This document shows positions 51,001 to 63,696 of a stretch of DNA of 64,000 nt, piece after piece (within the stretch, counting starts at the first letter, position 1; every line of letters starts with the position of its first letter). This DNA comes from Salpingoeca rosetta. Taxonomy: Eukaryota > Protista > Choanoflagellata. The translations under genes and the position numbers were made by a program. The stretch covers positions 1 to 64,000 of the forward strand of contig JAWQFM010000034.1 of NCBI GenBank assembly GCA_033442325.1, read 5' to 3'. The notes under the pieces were generated by a model. The model ran no database searches. It had not been told where the DNA came from and saw nothing but the letters and a program-made list of their open reading frames with translations.

Positions 51001-53584
51001 GCACAACGACCTGAGGCGCGAGGTGAGCGACATCACTTTCACGCAGCAGTTGTTTGCCACTCTGGGTGCCCTCATCAGCGGACCAAACATTGAAAATCAA
51101 ACGGTCATTCTGCAGCACAAGGCGACCAAGTCCGTGCTGCTGTTCTTGCAGTACCTCAACGACCCGGACGCCCAGCACGCGCCGCGCCGGTCTGTGCACG
51201 CGCCCATTGGCACCAGTGAAAGACCAGGCAGTGCCAGCAGCTCCAAGAGCTCTATTCTCCGCAGTGGGAGGCAAAACATGTTCACGCTCAACGCGCAGTG
51301 CGACGAGGCGCTGGAGACGCTGGACTCGTGGTGCGACCACTTTGGCCTCGACCGAGCAGCCCTGTTTGATGAAGGTGGCAAGAAGCGAAAGCAGCTGCAG
51401 TTTGTTGGTATCATGCACCAACGGAAAGGAACCAGCGTGAAGTCCAGTCTGGCTGGCGAGATGGGCATGCTGAGTCCTGGACATGCCAGCACGGAAGAGA
51501 GTGATCTTCAGCTCCAAGAGGCTCACAATGACAGTGACTTGAGCGACAGTGAAGCAATCACGGGAGAAGATGGGAAAGACTATGCTGATTCGCGGGGTCA
51601 GTGCGACAGCGCCTTCAACAGCGTCATAGAGCAGGGGTCTCGCGGACCTGTGAGTCACCACGACAGCGTCACAGGCAACCTGGGCAATGCTGTGCTTGGA
51701 AACGGCAACCGTCGTGTGCAAGCAAGAAGAAGTGCGCAGGCGTGGGCTCCGTTGACGAGCGAGCACCTGATGGCCGCACGCGGGGCGCGGCAGCTGGCCC
51801 AGGCGCTCGACGTGTTGGACGAGCAGTGCGAGGCGGCTGTGCTGCAGTTTCTCTTGAGCGTGCTTGAAGGGCGGCTGAAGAAGGACTCTGTGCTGGATGT
51901 TTTGTGCTTGCAGTTGTTCCCGGAGAACACGGGCACACAGAGCACCGATTTCAAGCAGTGTGCCATGTTTCGGATGCTGAACGAGCACTACGTGAGCGCA
52001 GGCCAGCAGCGCCGCAAGAACAAGAATGAGCGAAATCAAGCGTTTGAGGCCGTGTCACTCGTGCCGAGGCAGACCCTTCACGATGAAGACGTGGCGCTGC
52101 TGTACTACATGATGATACGCATGTTGAGCGAGCTGGCAGAGGCCAACGGGTCCGGTCTGCGCCAGCTGCTGTTGGAGTGGGAGGACAAGGCGGCGCCCTC
52201 AATCCGGCAGCGCGTGGCGCGGGTGGAGCTCGTGCACCAGGATACGCTTCAACCCGTGTACATGCAGGTACCGGACATGGTGCGCCAGACCAAGGACAGT
52301 TTGCAGGTGCGGCAGCTGCGAAATGCCATGATCAACGATAGCGTACTGCTAACGCCCGAACAGCGGCTGCACACCTTCTTTGACGAGGCGCCATTGCTGA
52401 TTGACGTGATGGAGTTTGAGAGCAAGGCCAGCGGCTACCGGCTGTCTCACATTGTGTCGCACCAGCGCGTGCTGCTGCTGTGCTGCTTTCTTCTTGCCTT
52501 GTTCATCAACGGCTGGGTTGTGCTGGCCCCGCCGCCCACGCGCCCAGAACACCACGCTATACCACGCATCGCCGCCACCGTGCACACCGCGCTGGCCGCG
52601 CTCATCATTGCCGGGCAGTCGCTGGCGCCGCTGCGCGTGGACATACAGCGGTGGCACGAGGCGAGCGAGGGCTTGTCGCTGACGAGGAAGATTCTGTTGT
52701 TCCCCGTGCACTGGGCGTTGCACGCAAGCTACACCTACTATGTGCTATACCTGATTCTGAGCGCTGTGGGCATCTCGCACCTTCAGTTCTTCTGCTTCCA
52801 TCTCTTTGATGTGGTGCTGCGTGTTGAGGTGATGACGCTTGTGCTGCGAGCGGTACGCGTCAACCTGTCAAAGCTGATTGGCACGTTTGTCCTAACCTTC
52901 TTCATCATCTACGCATTGATGCTCATTGGCCGCGATGCGTTTGGTGGCAATTACGGGTTTGCCGACTCTGATGCCGCCTGCACAAGCAACCACAGCATGA
53001 TTGAGTGCCTGAAGGACCACCTGTACTACGGCTTCTACTCGTCGCCCGTGTTTGGGTCGGAGGCGTCCACGTGGGAGTTTGCCTACGCATTGATCTACTT
53101 CATGGTGGTGGTGCTGGTGATGGCTGCGATTGTTTCCGGTATCATCATCGACTCGTTTGGCGAGTACCGTGCTGAGATGGAGGCGATTTCTGCGGAGAAA
53201 GAGACGCGGTGCTTCGTGTGCAACTTCAGTCGTGATCATATCCAGGAGTCTGGCGAGGTCGGGTTTGAAGGGCACGTTGCCAACGACCACAACGTGTGGA
53301 ACTACGTCTGGCTCATTGTGCGCGTGCTGGAGAAGCGGCGGACGCACCAGCTACTGACGGGCGTGGAGATTGAGATTGCGCGCCATTGGGACACCATCAC
53401 CAGCATCGGGCCCATGATGCCCGTGAACAAGGCGCTCTGCTTTGGCGCACGCGAGATGCATGTGGAGGACGACGTGCAGCAGTTGGCGTTGTCATTCCAC
53501 CAGTTTGCTGCATCCACGGAGAAGGCGCTTCAGACCATTCTCGCACAGCTCTCTGAGCTCAAAGAACGTGCGCATGCCAAGTAG
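45099..53584 (+). CDS. Divergent inositol-1,4,5-trisphosphate receptor-like Ca2+ release channel; two gaps and gap-proximal frameshifts
   Basis: N-terminal beta-trefoil/MIR: LSNGDFVSLF, LKYGDVVRIIH, HFRLLPRFKIRAIGDPV, VLKGGDFVRLYHHEANGFL. RIH-like: LLASLCSVDGSAIPSIQNII. RIH-associated: FIEAMCDGCYRDMQNLLR and ALISGPNIENQ. TM region ends IVSGIIIDSFGEYR...CFVC...FEGHVANDHNVWNY. Frame changes at ~46509, ~50110 and ~50370. Confidence 0.88.
46046..46287. other. Assembly gap (N run) inside the ITPR-like gene
   Basis: Run of N. Confidence 1.
50248..50347. other. Assembly gap (N run) inside the ITPR-like gene
   Basis: Run of N. Confidence 1.
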
Positions 53585-54259
53585 CAAGGGGGGGGCATTT
53601 GCGTGTATGTATTCACGTCCGATGACGCCTGCTTGTTGCTGAGTCGGATCCATTTGCCTTGAGGGGTGTGTTTGCTGTGTGTTCTTGCGGATCTTTGTGT
53701 ATTGTCGTGCCTCACATGGTGTTGAGGCTTGATGTGACTACGCACGTGTTGGAGAACAGATTTGCCAGGTTTCTCTATCTCTGATTTGGTTATTGTGATG
53801 CTTGCATGTGCAGTACACTTCTACTTGCTCGTGCCCGTGGGAGCGTGGGTGCCGTAGTGCCGTGTTGTTGAGTGCTTTCTTGACTTGACCCTGCTGTCGA
53901 CGTGAACTAGGATTGAAGCATGGAAGGAGGAACGCAGACGAAGACAGGAGGAAATAATGGCGCTGGCGAGAATTGGGGGTGGGGAGGGAGGGGCGGCGGT
54001 GTCTTTGTTTGTGTGCTGACAGGAAGGGAATACTGGAATAAGAAGCAAAGAATTGTGTCGTGGAGGATGGGAAGCAGGGCAAGGCCGCAGCGGCCAAATG
54101 TGACTCATGTCAGCAAAATTCTGCGCTGCCACTTTTCGCGTTTGCGTGTTTTGCTTTGTTTTGCACCACTACACTCCCTCCGCTGTTGTCCTGTCCACCG
54201 CACACCACACTGACTGTGTCCTGTCCACCGCACAGTGCTGTCCTGCGCACCAAAGCACC

Positions 54260-56470
54260 ATGAGCTTGAATCGCCCTCTTCTTGAAGAGGAGGAGCTGCT
54301 GGTAAGCAGCTCCGGCGATGCAGTCAATGCTGAGGAGAATGACGCGGGCTCCGTCCTGTCCAGCACGCTGGACGACATGGACGACATGGACTACATGGAA
54401 GGCGATGATTTCCTTGACGATGCCACCGTGGTCAACATGTGCGACGTCACTGACGAGGACGAGCAGGACCAGGAGGGGCAGCGTGCCGTTCAATACTTGA
54501 AGAAGCAGCTGGCCAGACTTGAGCGCTCCGCCAACAAACGGTCCACCATGATCCCCATCATTGCTGTCACCCGACGCGCCCTCACCAGCACCGCAATCCT
54601 TTGTGAGAGATGGGCGTGCTGTGGAGCACTCTTCAAGCAGTGTGCACTGCGTTGGAGCAATGGCACTACTTGTATGCGTGCAGTTTTGCTGCTTGTGTTA
54701 TCGTGTCGCGGTGCTCCGCAACCTGTTCCAGCCCTTGTCTGCCTGTGCTTCAGCAGGAGCTGCAAATGGCTCATATTTGTCTCATGTATGCTGTGCGTGC
54801 GCTCGTTTAGGGATCATTTATGCTCTGGCTTGGGTGGTTATCGTGGAGCGCTGGGTGATTGCGGTGTGTACGTAGGTGCTGCATGCGTGCTTTTGTTTGT
54901 ATGTGCGAAGGTGCTACGTGTGTGTGTGTGCATGTGTGTGTGTATGCGTGTGCGTTGTGGCTGCCTGTGTGGTGCGTGCTTGTGTTTGTATGATGTGTGT
55001 GCGCGTGCGCATGCGTGTGTGTGTGTGTGTGTGTGTGTGCCTGCAAGTCCTCAAGTCTGCTCCAACCTCAAAAGAAGCTGTTTAGGCTTGCGTCACGCCT
55101 GTGCCTGTATGCAAGCTCATGTCCTTCCTACCCTACCTTGTAGCAGCACCTCCCCATTCCTCCCACTTCTCATCGGGTCGGGTGCATTATGCATGCATTG
55201 GACACGTGCAGGATATCCAACGGAACAGCGCCTCTGACAAGAACAAGAGCGAAAGCCGTTTTCCGCCCATCGCAACCACTCTCATTTCCCTGGCCTTCCT
55301 CAACATGCTGCACCTCATCAGGTAAGGTTCGAACGAGAACGCTCCTCCCAACCGACTGACTGTGCGCACTTGCTTGCATGGCGCGACGACCATGACGACA
55401 CTCTGCCACCACGCTCACGTCAATCAACAACTTGCACCCGCACCAACAACTTGCATCCCCTTCAACAACACCAGGCGCCGATCACACTACATTGCCAAAA
55501 CACCGGCAGATGTGATGCGGTCGCTTACTGCTGGCCTCTCGTCCGGCACGTTTGCTGTGTCGTATTCCTGGGGGCATTGGACCAAGACGGTTGCACGCAA
55601 CGCGTTCAAGTGCTTTGCAAACGGTGTGTGCTGGATTGACATCCGTAACATCTTGCCGGGCCACCGCATCCAGGACACGTGTGCAGAGGCCATGGCAAAC
55701 GCTGATGCAGCCATCGTCTTCCTGTCGGACCAATACCTTCGGTCGCAAAACTGCTGCATCGAGCTTCTCAACCTGGAGCCACAGTGCGCGAGGGTCTTGG
55801 CAGCCATGCGCAACAACTGGATCGACGACCTGCAAGATGCCGAGAGCAATGGCGGCACTGGCACGATGCCAGATGGTGGGCGCAGACCTCGCGTCGCCGG
55901 AACACAGCGGAATACTACCGAGTTTGACACCTACACCCTCTCCCAACTCCTGCAAAGAGAGCCTGGCCGTGCGTCCCGCCTTGTCGTCATCGTCAGCCTG
56001 AACGCTTTCGACAATGTGCGTGGTGTGTGTGGCCGGGGGGGGGGTAGGAGGAAGCGTGTGTGTGTGCATGTGTGAGTGTGCATGTGTGTGTGTGTGTGTG
56101 TGCATGTGTGTGCGTGCGTGTGTGTGCATGTGTGCATGTGTGTGTGTGCACTTGTGTGTGTCAAGACTGCACGCGCTTGTCCTTGGTACGTGCAGGTGTG
56201 TACACTAGCCAACCTTGCTGGCATGCACCTTTATTGGGTTGGTGCTTCATTCGTGGCTCCACCTGTCAGCCGCCTTTCTTGCACCAGAATTCACGCGTCC
56301 CTCTCTTCCCACATCTTCACAACCATCCCTGCTTGTCCACAGCAACGTGAGCTCCGGACTGAACTCGTGAGCATCCTCAGCAATGCAGGGCACTACGTCT
56401 GGTTTGCAAGGCCATCCACAGAGATCCAACTGCGTCGTCGCCTCCCAAGGTCCAGCCTTGCTACTTTTGC

Positions 56471-56534
<64 letters not shown>

Positions 56535-58423
56535 TCCCGTGGTTGTCTTTTTGTTTTTTCACCCTGCATGTGAGTGTGTGCAAGGCCCTATGGCCGCGCA
56601 GGGTGCACGCTAACAGCTGCACAACGTTGCATTGATCTCGCTCACTTGCCCATGAGATTCAAGTTGCATTTGTGCACCACTGCTCTGTACACACAATTGC
56701 ACCGAGCATTGTGAGGTCCTGTATCGCCTATTGCTCGTGTTCACGACGTATGTTTGCGTTCCCTGGCTCTCCTACCTGCTCTGCAGGCTGGTGTTGGAAG
56801 GGTTTTTGCGAATCAACACATTTCAAGACATTTACAAGCGACAACAAACAACGCCGGCCGTCAATGATTACTGGCACGGCACCGCCGCATCCATGTTCAA
56901 GACGGTGTGTGTGCTGTTATTCTGTGACGAGACCTGCTTCGTTTCAAAACTGTTGCTGGCTGCACATTCGGCACATTGTAATGCATCCCTTCAACCAACG
57001 CTTACGGTTGTGTGGTTCCTTTGCTTTGATTTCGTTCAGGCCAACCTCCACATTGCCACGCCTTTGTTGGCACTGCTCATGTGTAAGTCATTCCTGTTTG
57101 AGAGTTGGGAGTTTGGGTCACTAGGAACGGGTGTTTGAAGCTTTCGTGGTGATAGCTGACCGCAGCCCATTGTGTGTGCAATGCATGTATGCAGTTGAGA
57201 CAGTGTTGCGCCCTGTGTTTGTTCATGTTTGCTTTGCGCTATTGCACTCATGTGTGTTCAATGGCACAAGCTGGCTCGTCACGACCTGTTATCCACTCAC
57301 GCATCCTCGTCACCTCACTGATTGCTCTGTTCGCGATGGTCGTGCCAATTTGTTCATGTGTAAAGGGGTCGTTGATGGTGTGTTCTTTGTCGTGGCGAAT
57401 CTGCAGGACGACACGACGGACACCAACCTCACCAGCTCAGGCATTGAGCTGCTGATCGACATTGTGGCAGCGGCACTGATCAGTGAGTCAGGCGAAGTTG
57501 AGCATAAGTGTCTTCGTTCGTTGTTGTTCTTTGGCTGCTGATGCTGCGTGCAGATGGCATGCTGTCCCTGCTTCTCGGCTGCCTGTAAGCACACACGTCA
57601 ACATACACGCACACACACACATGCACATGCACACGCACACACATATCCCACACATACACGTCAACACACGCACACACATGCACGCATGCTCATGGCTCAC
57701 GGCTGCACCCTCGCTGCACCATCCTGTGCTGTCGTGCAGTTGTTGCACTCGCCGTGCACATTGCACTCGTCGTTGCTATGCGTGGATCGTACTCGCACAA
57801 GCACATGCGGTGGCTGTGGATCATCAACCCGCTGATTGGCATCGAGTACCTGCTGTCCTACATCTCGCCACCCATTGCGCAATCCATCGACTTTGCGTCC
57901 CTGCCTGATGCGGGCTATCTCCTGGCCATTGTCGTGCGCCTGCGCATCGGAAAGCGGCTGCGTGTGTGCGCAAAGGGGATCGCCAAGATGCCGCAACTCG
58001 TCAAGGGCGCCCTGCGCACACTCATCCAGTGAGCAGCCGCCGAGCAGCGTGGGGGTGTGGCGGTGGTGCTTGTGGTTGTCCTTGGCGCCCATCAATCTGC
58101 CTCGCTTGGGGGGCAACCAGTGCCAATGTTCCCTTGACTTGTTGGTGTCTTGGTTGCCTGCGTTGCACGCGTGTGTGGTGGTGTCTCCTACACGTTCATT
58201 CCTTGCTTGCGTCACGCCTTGGTTGCCTTCACAGGTATGGCGTGATTCAGATGACGGACACCCAAGACCAGGCTGACTTTTCACTCGTCTGTCTTGACGT
58301 AGATGATGGTGTGACCGTTCGGAAGCCCCGGCTGGGGTTTGGATCAACAGGTGAGGGCAAGGGAGGGGGGAACAGAGATTGCGTATGTTCGTGTGTGTGT
58401 GTGTGTGTGTGTATGCGTGTGTA

Positions 58424-58467
<44 letters not shown>

Positions 58468-59533
58468 TGTGTGTGTGGGTGGGTGTGTGTGGGTGTGTGG
58501 GTGTGTGTGTGTGTGGGTGTGTGGGTGTGTATGTATGTGTGTATGTATGTGTGCATGTATGTATGTATGTGTGTATGTATGTATGTGTGTATGTATGTGT
58601 GTGTGTGTGTGTGTGGGGGGGGGGTTGTGTGTGTGTGTGTGGTTGTGGGTGTGAGTACAGCCGCGTGGGAGAACCCATGGGCCAGCTAGTGTGCGTAATG
58701 TTCGCTTTGATGCTTGTCTTGGCCACTCTTCACCCACAGGAGGCGTTAAGCTCTGTGTTCCTGAAAACCTAGACACTTCTGGCGCCACTCTCTACTGGAC
58801 ACGCTTCACGCTTGAAGACATTGTGTACGTGGCATAACAACTGCTTGCAGGCTCGCATTGTGTGCTCAGTCATTGCGTCGCGATACATTTGGTTCTCGTT
58901 CTGTTGTTGTAATGTGATATGGCTGCTCTCTCACGCTCGTAAGGCACTCCTTGTTGTTGCTACTGTTGTCGTGCTTTTGCTTTGTTCGGTCACCCACCTA
59001 CACACTGTCATTTTGTGTCCACAGCAAGGTTGCCCCTGATGCAAAGACGGCCATGATCAAGTGCTCCAGCAACAAGCAGCTCACCAGCGCGCAAGCCTGT
59101 CCAGGGTGAGTCTTTGTGCGCACCGCACGTGCGTGCTGGAGCGTGCTGTCCCTATGGACCTCATGCTGGCGTTCAGTTGATTGCAAAAAGCTGTCTTGTT
59201 GACGTGCGCAGACACGTTCGTTGACAGTGGCCCACACGATGACACACACACGAACACTCACAAATACACAGGCCAGAACCCACGTCCCACACTTTTCACA
59301 CACACAGAGCTCACCACACCACAATGCAACATTGTTGTTGCCGTTGGCCACCACCATCCCTTGCATCTTCTGTTCTTGGGGTTTGTAGGTTGGAGACGAT
59401 ATTCGTGCAGATGCTGAAGCGCTCCCTCGGGCTGACGCTGACGGCGCACGTGGCCGCTGGTCGAGGCAACTTCGAGGACATTGATTTTGAAGACGTGCAG
59501 CAGTCTTCTTTCCTCTCCAAACTCTTTGCATAG
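54260..59533 (+). CDS. Multipass membrane protein with an internal TIR (TIR_2-like) domain; exon model approximate
   Basis: Acidic N-terminus from ATG 54260. Hydrophobic exons GIIYALAWVVIV and IATTLISLAFLNMLHLI. TIR at ~55550-55780: FAVSYSWG...WIDIRNILPG...AMANADAAIVFLSDQYLRSQNCCIEL. Further hydrophobic exons IATPLLALLM, IELLIDIVAAALI and WLWIINPLIGIEYLL. Last exon ends ...SFLSKLFA TAG. Confidence 0.65.
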
Positions 59534-59639
59534 ATGGGTGTGGTGGTGGTGGTGGTTGTGGAGTGCCACAACAAGAGTTCCTACAAGAGCATCACAAGCC
59601 TTAAGCTTACATGGCCTCCATAGCCAACCGGGGTAAATG

Positions 59640-60963
59640 CTACAGAGCCTCTTTTATTCCGGCTGTGGAGGTGACGTTGTTTGCATTGTTACTCATCATG
59701 TGCTGTGTGTGCTTGCTTGGAGAGATGCTGGTACGTGCGCTGTGGGTTGTTGTGTGCTGGTCTCTGCTGGTGCAGTTAAGTGGTGCCAAGCAAGATAAAG
59801 ACACTGCTTGCCGGTTGCTTGCTTTTGGTTCCATTGCTTGGTGTACAAAGGGATGGGACGGGTAACAGCACGAAGGGTCAGACCACGTGCACGGAGGGTA
59901 GGAACGGAAAGTGACAGTAACAGTTGCACGTGTAAACGAAAACGACGAACACTGAGTGCAGCGCCACACCGCTCACTCCTGAATGCGGAGAACACGTTCG
60001 CTGAATGACAGGGCGACACCACCTCCCGAGTTGATGGATGCACAGGCACGAAGGGGAAACGGAAACGAGTCAAAGATGTTGGTGATTGTGTGGTCACAGC
60101 AGCCCATGTCATGCGACAATGGCTGATTTGGAGCGGACTGGAATGCGTCGCCAGCGTTGCCACTCGTGCAGTCTTGTGTTTCGAAGTTGCCGCTGCCCGG
60201 AAATGTTTCGATGGCAATCCAGTGGCCACTGGGCGCAGCTCCGAAATCATCATCACAGGAGGTGGTGTACACCTGCACAAGTAGAAGCAGAAGCATGAAG
60301 GCGTATGGAGTGAGTTGGCATGGGCAGACGCACGGATACACGGCACACATGCACACACAAGCACATTTGTATGCATGCACACTCACGTCAAAGTTGCGAT
60401 TGCTCCTGCTCTTGCTTAGCGAGGAGATGCGCGTCACTTGCTCAGCTGTAAGATCGTGGCCACCGGATTTGTAGGCGATGTCAAAGTACGCTTCGCATTG
60501 CAGCGTGTCCACGTTCGCAGGGATTGTCCCGATGTACCACTCTCCGGTTAAGTCCTGCAATGTGAATGTGGATGACGCGGCTGTGACTGTGTCGAGAAAC
60601 GTGGAATGGTTCGCAGGAGGCCAAGCACGCTGAGCAGTGGACACAGGGGCGGGCTTTTTGATGGTTTGACCAAAAGCGCGGTTATGATGTACCTGCAGGC
60701 GCTCCATGGCAGCGGAGCAATCACACTTGTACCAGTTTCTCAACGTCAGCTGGGAGAACATCCACCCAGTTGAGGAGAAGTTGCTTCCCTGCACATCCAA
60801 CTCCACGAACCCGTCCATGCATGTAACCTGCGTGTGTAAATGCGAATGTGAATGTGCATGACATGTGCGCATGCATGCATGGGCGTGCATGTGCGCGTGG
60901 AATCGGCGCAGCTGCTGTGCTGTTTTTCATTGACATGTTGTTCAGCACTCAATCTTCACTGAA

Positions 60964-61014
<51 letters not shown>

Positions 61015-62087
61015 CCTCGCGCAAGTACGCCGCACCTGGAATGGCTCGGCTTCTCCAATGGAGATCCACTTTGTTCCGTCTGCATTCTCTGGAAAGCTGG
61101 GTCAGGCAAGGAATGGGTGAACAAGCACAGAGTACGCAAGTGTAAGCACGGTACATAGGGGAGCAAGAACAGAGCCAACTGAGCACCAGGCAAGAGCACT
61201 CTCTAAGCTCACAGCAAACTGCATCGCCACACTCACTTTTCTTGAATCGTCTTGCACGAGTACCCAACGTTTTCGCGTGTGTCGCCGTTGCTGCCAAGGT
61301 TTGTGGCTGGGATGCTGCTCATGTCACAAACCACGTGACGGGTGCCATCCGCTTTGTGCCTCACGAAGTACACACCGGAGACAAAGCCAAGCTGCCGCAG
61401 CTATTGAAAACAGCAAGCGAGCATTTAAGTTCCAGGCAAAGCAAAGAAGCAAAAGTGGTGAGAGCCCACAGGACAGTCACACCACCACACCACGTACACC
61501 ACACATACGCACACTCACGCACGCCACGCACACCACCACCACCACACACTCCCTCACTCACAATCACACCTCTTCGCAGCTTGATGCTGGGTTGAGTGCT
61601 TCCTTGCCAGGGATCGGAGACACACACTTGTCCTCAATCAACAGCTGTGTACACAAAATTGTAGAGCGTAACCACAATTGCAAACAAACATGATGACCGT
61701 CATTAGCATTGACAGCGTAGCAGGGCAGAGGTCTCACTCTCTTCCCACACACATCAAGACAACACAGCAGAACTGCAGAAACGGGATAAGTCACAAAATC
61801 TGCGGACGCTTCGTACAACACATGGCAGCGTAAGTCTGCCCCACCTTTCCCTGTGCTGCACACGCCTTTATCGCTTGCACTTGTCCAAACAACTCCACGA
61901 GGTCCATGGCCTCCACCAAGACGGTGCCATTGCGTCCACTCTGCAGCACGAGGTTGCCGTGGTCGTCCGCTGCAATGATTGGCTTCTGCTCAGCCGGTCC
62001 ATCTCCCATCGTACCTTCACCAGCGACACATACCGCCATTACCACTGGCACCAGCACCAGCGACAACCGCACGCTCAACCATCTCAT
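59640..62087 (-). CDS. Secreted protein with two fibrinogen/COLFI-N-like motifs and a Cys-containing C-terminal domain; 3' end uncertain
   Basis: SP MRWLSVRLSLVLVPVVMAVCVAG. Spliced motifs GKEALNPASSCEE|LRQLGFVSGVYFV...VVCDM and GDTRENVGYSCKTIQE|FPENADGTKWI...PFQ|VTCM resemble the PAxSCxxI...GxYW...VxCDM start of FReD/COLFI domains. Confidence 0.6.
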
Positions 62088-62467
62088 GCTGCTTTGTTTT
62101 GTGGTCGACATGGAGACATGGAGACTTGGAGCGGAGCAAGGGAAAGGGAGCAGGACAAGGTGACACCCGAGGACGTGAGGACAAAGAGAGACAAGCCCAG
62201 ACCAGACAAGCGACGCACAGCTGGAGCTGAGTGTCTTGTAGTTTGTGGTCGTCTCGCATCTGTTGCGGACAGAAGGGACGTTGGTTGTGGAGGATTTGCC
62301 ATGTTCTCAACGAAAATTCCGGGGTGTTGGTGGCAACCGATTGCGACACCATAAGGTTTGCATTTTGTTCACTGCCGCCGCAACCGACAACCACCCAACG
62401 ATCGACACAAACAACCAAACCAACCAAACCCCATCATCATCCAAACCCCCAGCCCACCACCATCGCC

Positions 62468-63657
62468 ATGACCACTGTTGCCGACAACACGCATGCTGCT
62501 GAGCTGTCTGCGCTGATTCCCGCGCAAGAGACTGGTGCCCTTGCTATTCAGGTCAGGTTGTCACGCGTGCAACGCACCACCTTGTTTGTGTCGCTGCGTT
62601 GCATTCCATGACGTCAGTGAACATCATCGGTTGCAAGCCTTCATTCTTGTTTCATTTGCGCTCTCTCACATTGCACGTTCCTCTGCTCTTCGTCTGCTGT
62701 GATTTGGGGAATAGCGCAACGACCCGGAGTGTGACGGGCGTGGCATCCGCATCGCCGTCTTTGACACGGGTATGTGTTTGGATTCTTCTATCTGCATGTG
62801 TTGTGTAGGCTTGAGCATGCACGAAAGAGTCATATCACGCCACTGTGGCTGACGCACGACCACATTTCGTTGCATATTCTCTCGCCCATCCATAACTTCA
62901 GGTGTCGACCCTGCGGCCCTTCATCTCAAGACCACCACCGATGGCAAGCCAAAGATCATCGACATCGTTGACACCACAGGTGTGTTGAATCGCGTTGTAC
63001 TGCAACGCATAAACCGTTTTACTTGCTTGCACGTGTGTGTTTGTGTGCTTGCGCGTGTGTGTTTGTGTGCTTGTATGTTTGTGCGTGTGTGCTTGTTTGT
63101 TTGTGTGTTTGTGTTTACGTGTTTGTGTGAGTGTCTTTGTGTGAGTGTGTGTGCTTTTGCTTTCACGGGCATATGAACACGAGCACTGATAGTGATGGTT
63201 TGCAACGCATTCGTGTTCTCGACAGGGAGTGGTGACGTTGACATGAAGAAGGTTGTCAAGCTCGGAGATGACCGCTCCTTCAAGACGCTTACAGGCCGCA
63301 CCTTCAAGGTTGCATTCGCGCGCATGCGCGTGCGTGTATGTACGTGTGCGTCGATGAGTAAGACGCTTGCGTTTGCGTGTGTGTGTGTGCTTGTGTGTCC
63401 TCGCCAGTGCGTGCATGCACACCTTTGCGCTCACCGATTACCCAATCAACTGCTTGAACAAACACGCGTGTGTGCAGGTGCCGGAGGCGTGGGCGTGCCC
63501 GAGTGGTGAAGTCCGTGTGGGCGTGAAGGCGGCCTTTGAGCTATTCCCAACGCCGCTGATTCGCCGACTCAAGGTGCGCACGTTGAGTCGAAGTGGCGAC
63601 ATACATGCAATGCACGCACGCACGGGCGAGGATGATCTCGTGTGACTCATCTTCCAA

Positions 63658-63696
<39 letters not shown>

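Noticed and set aside
47780-52039. Long antisense ORFs (390, 467 and 605 aa); likewise 25961-26980(+)
   Set aside because: Shadow ORFs of GC3-rich coding sequence on the opposite strand.
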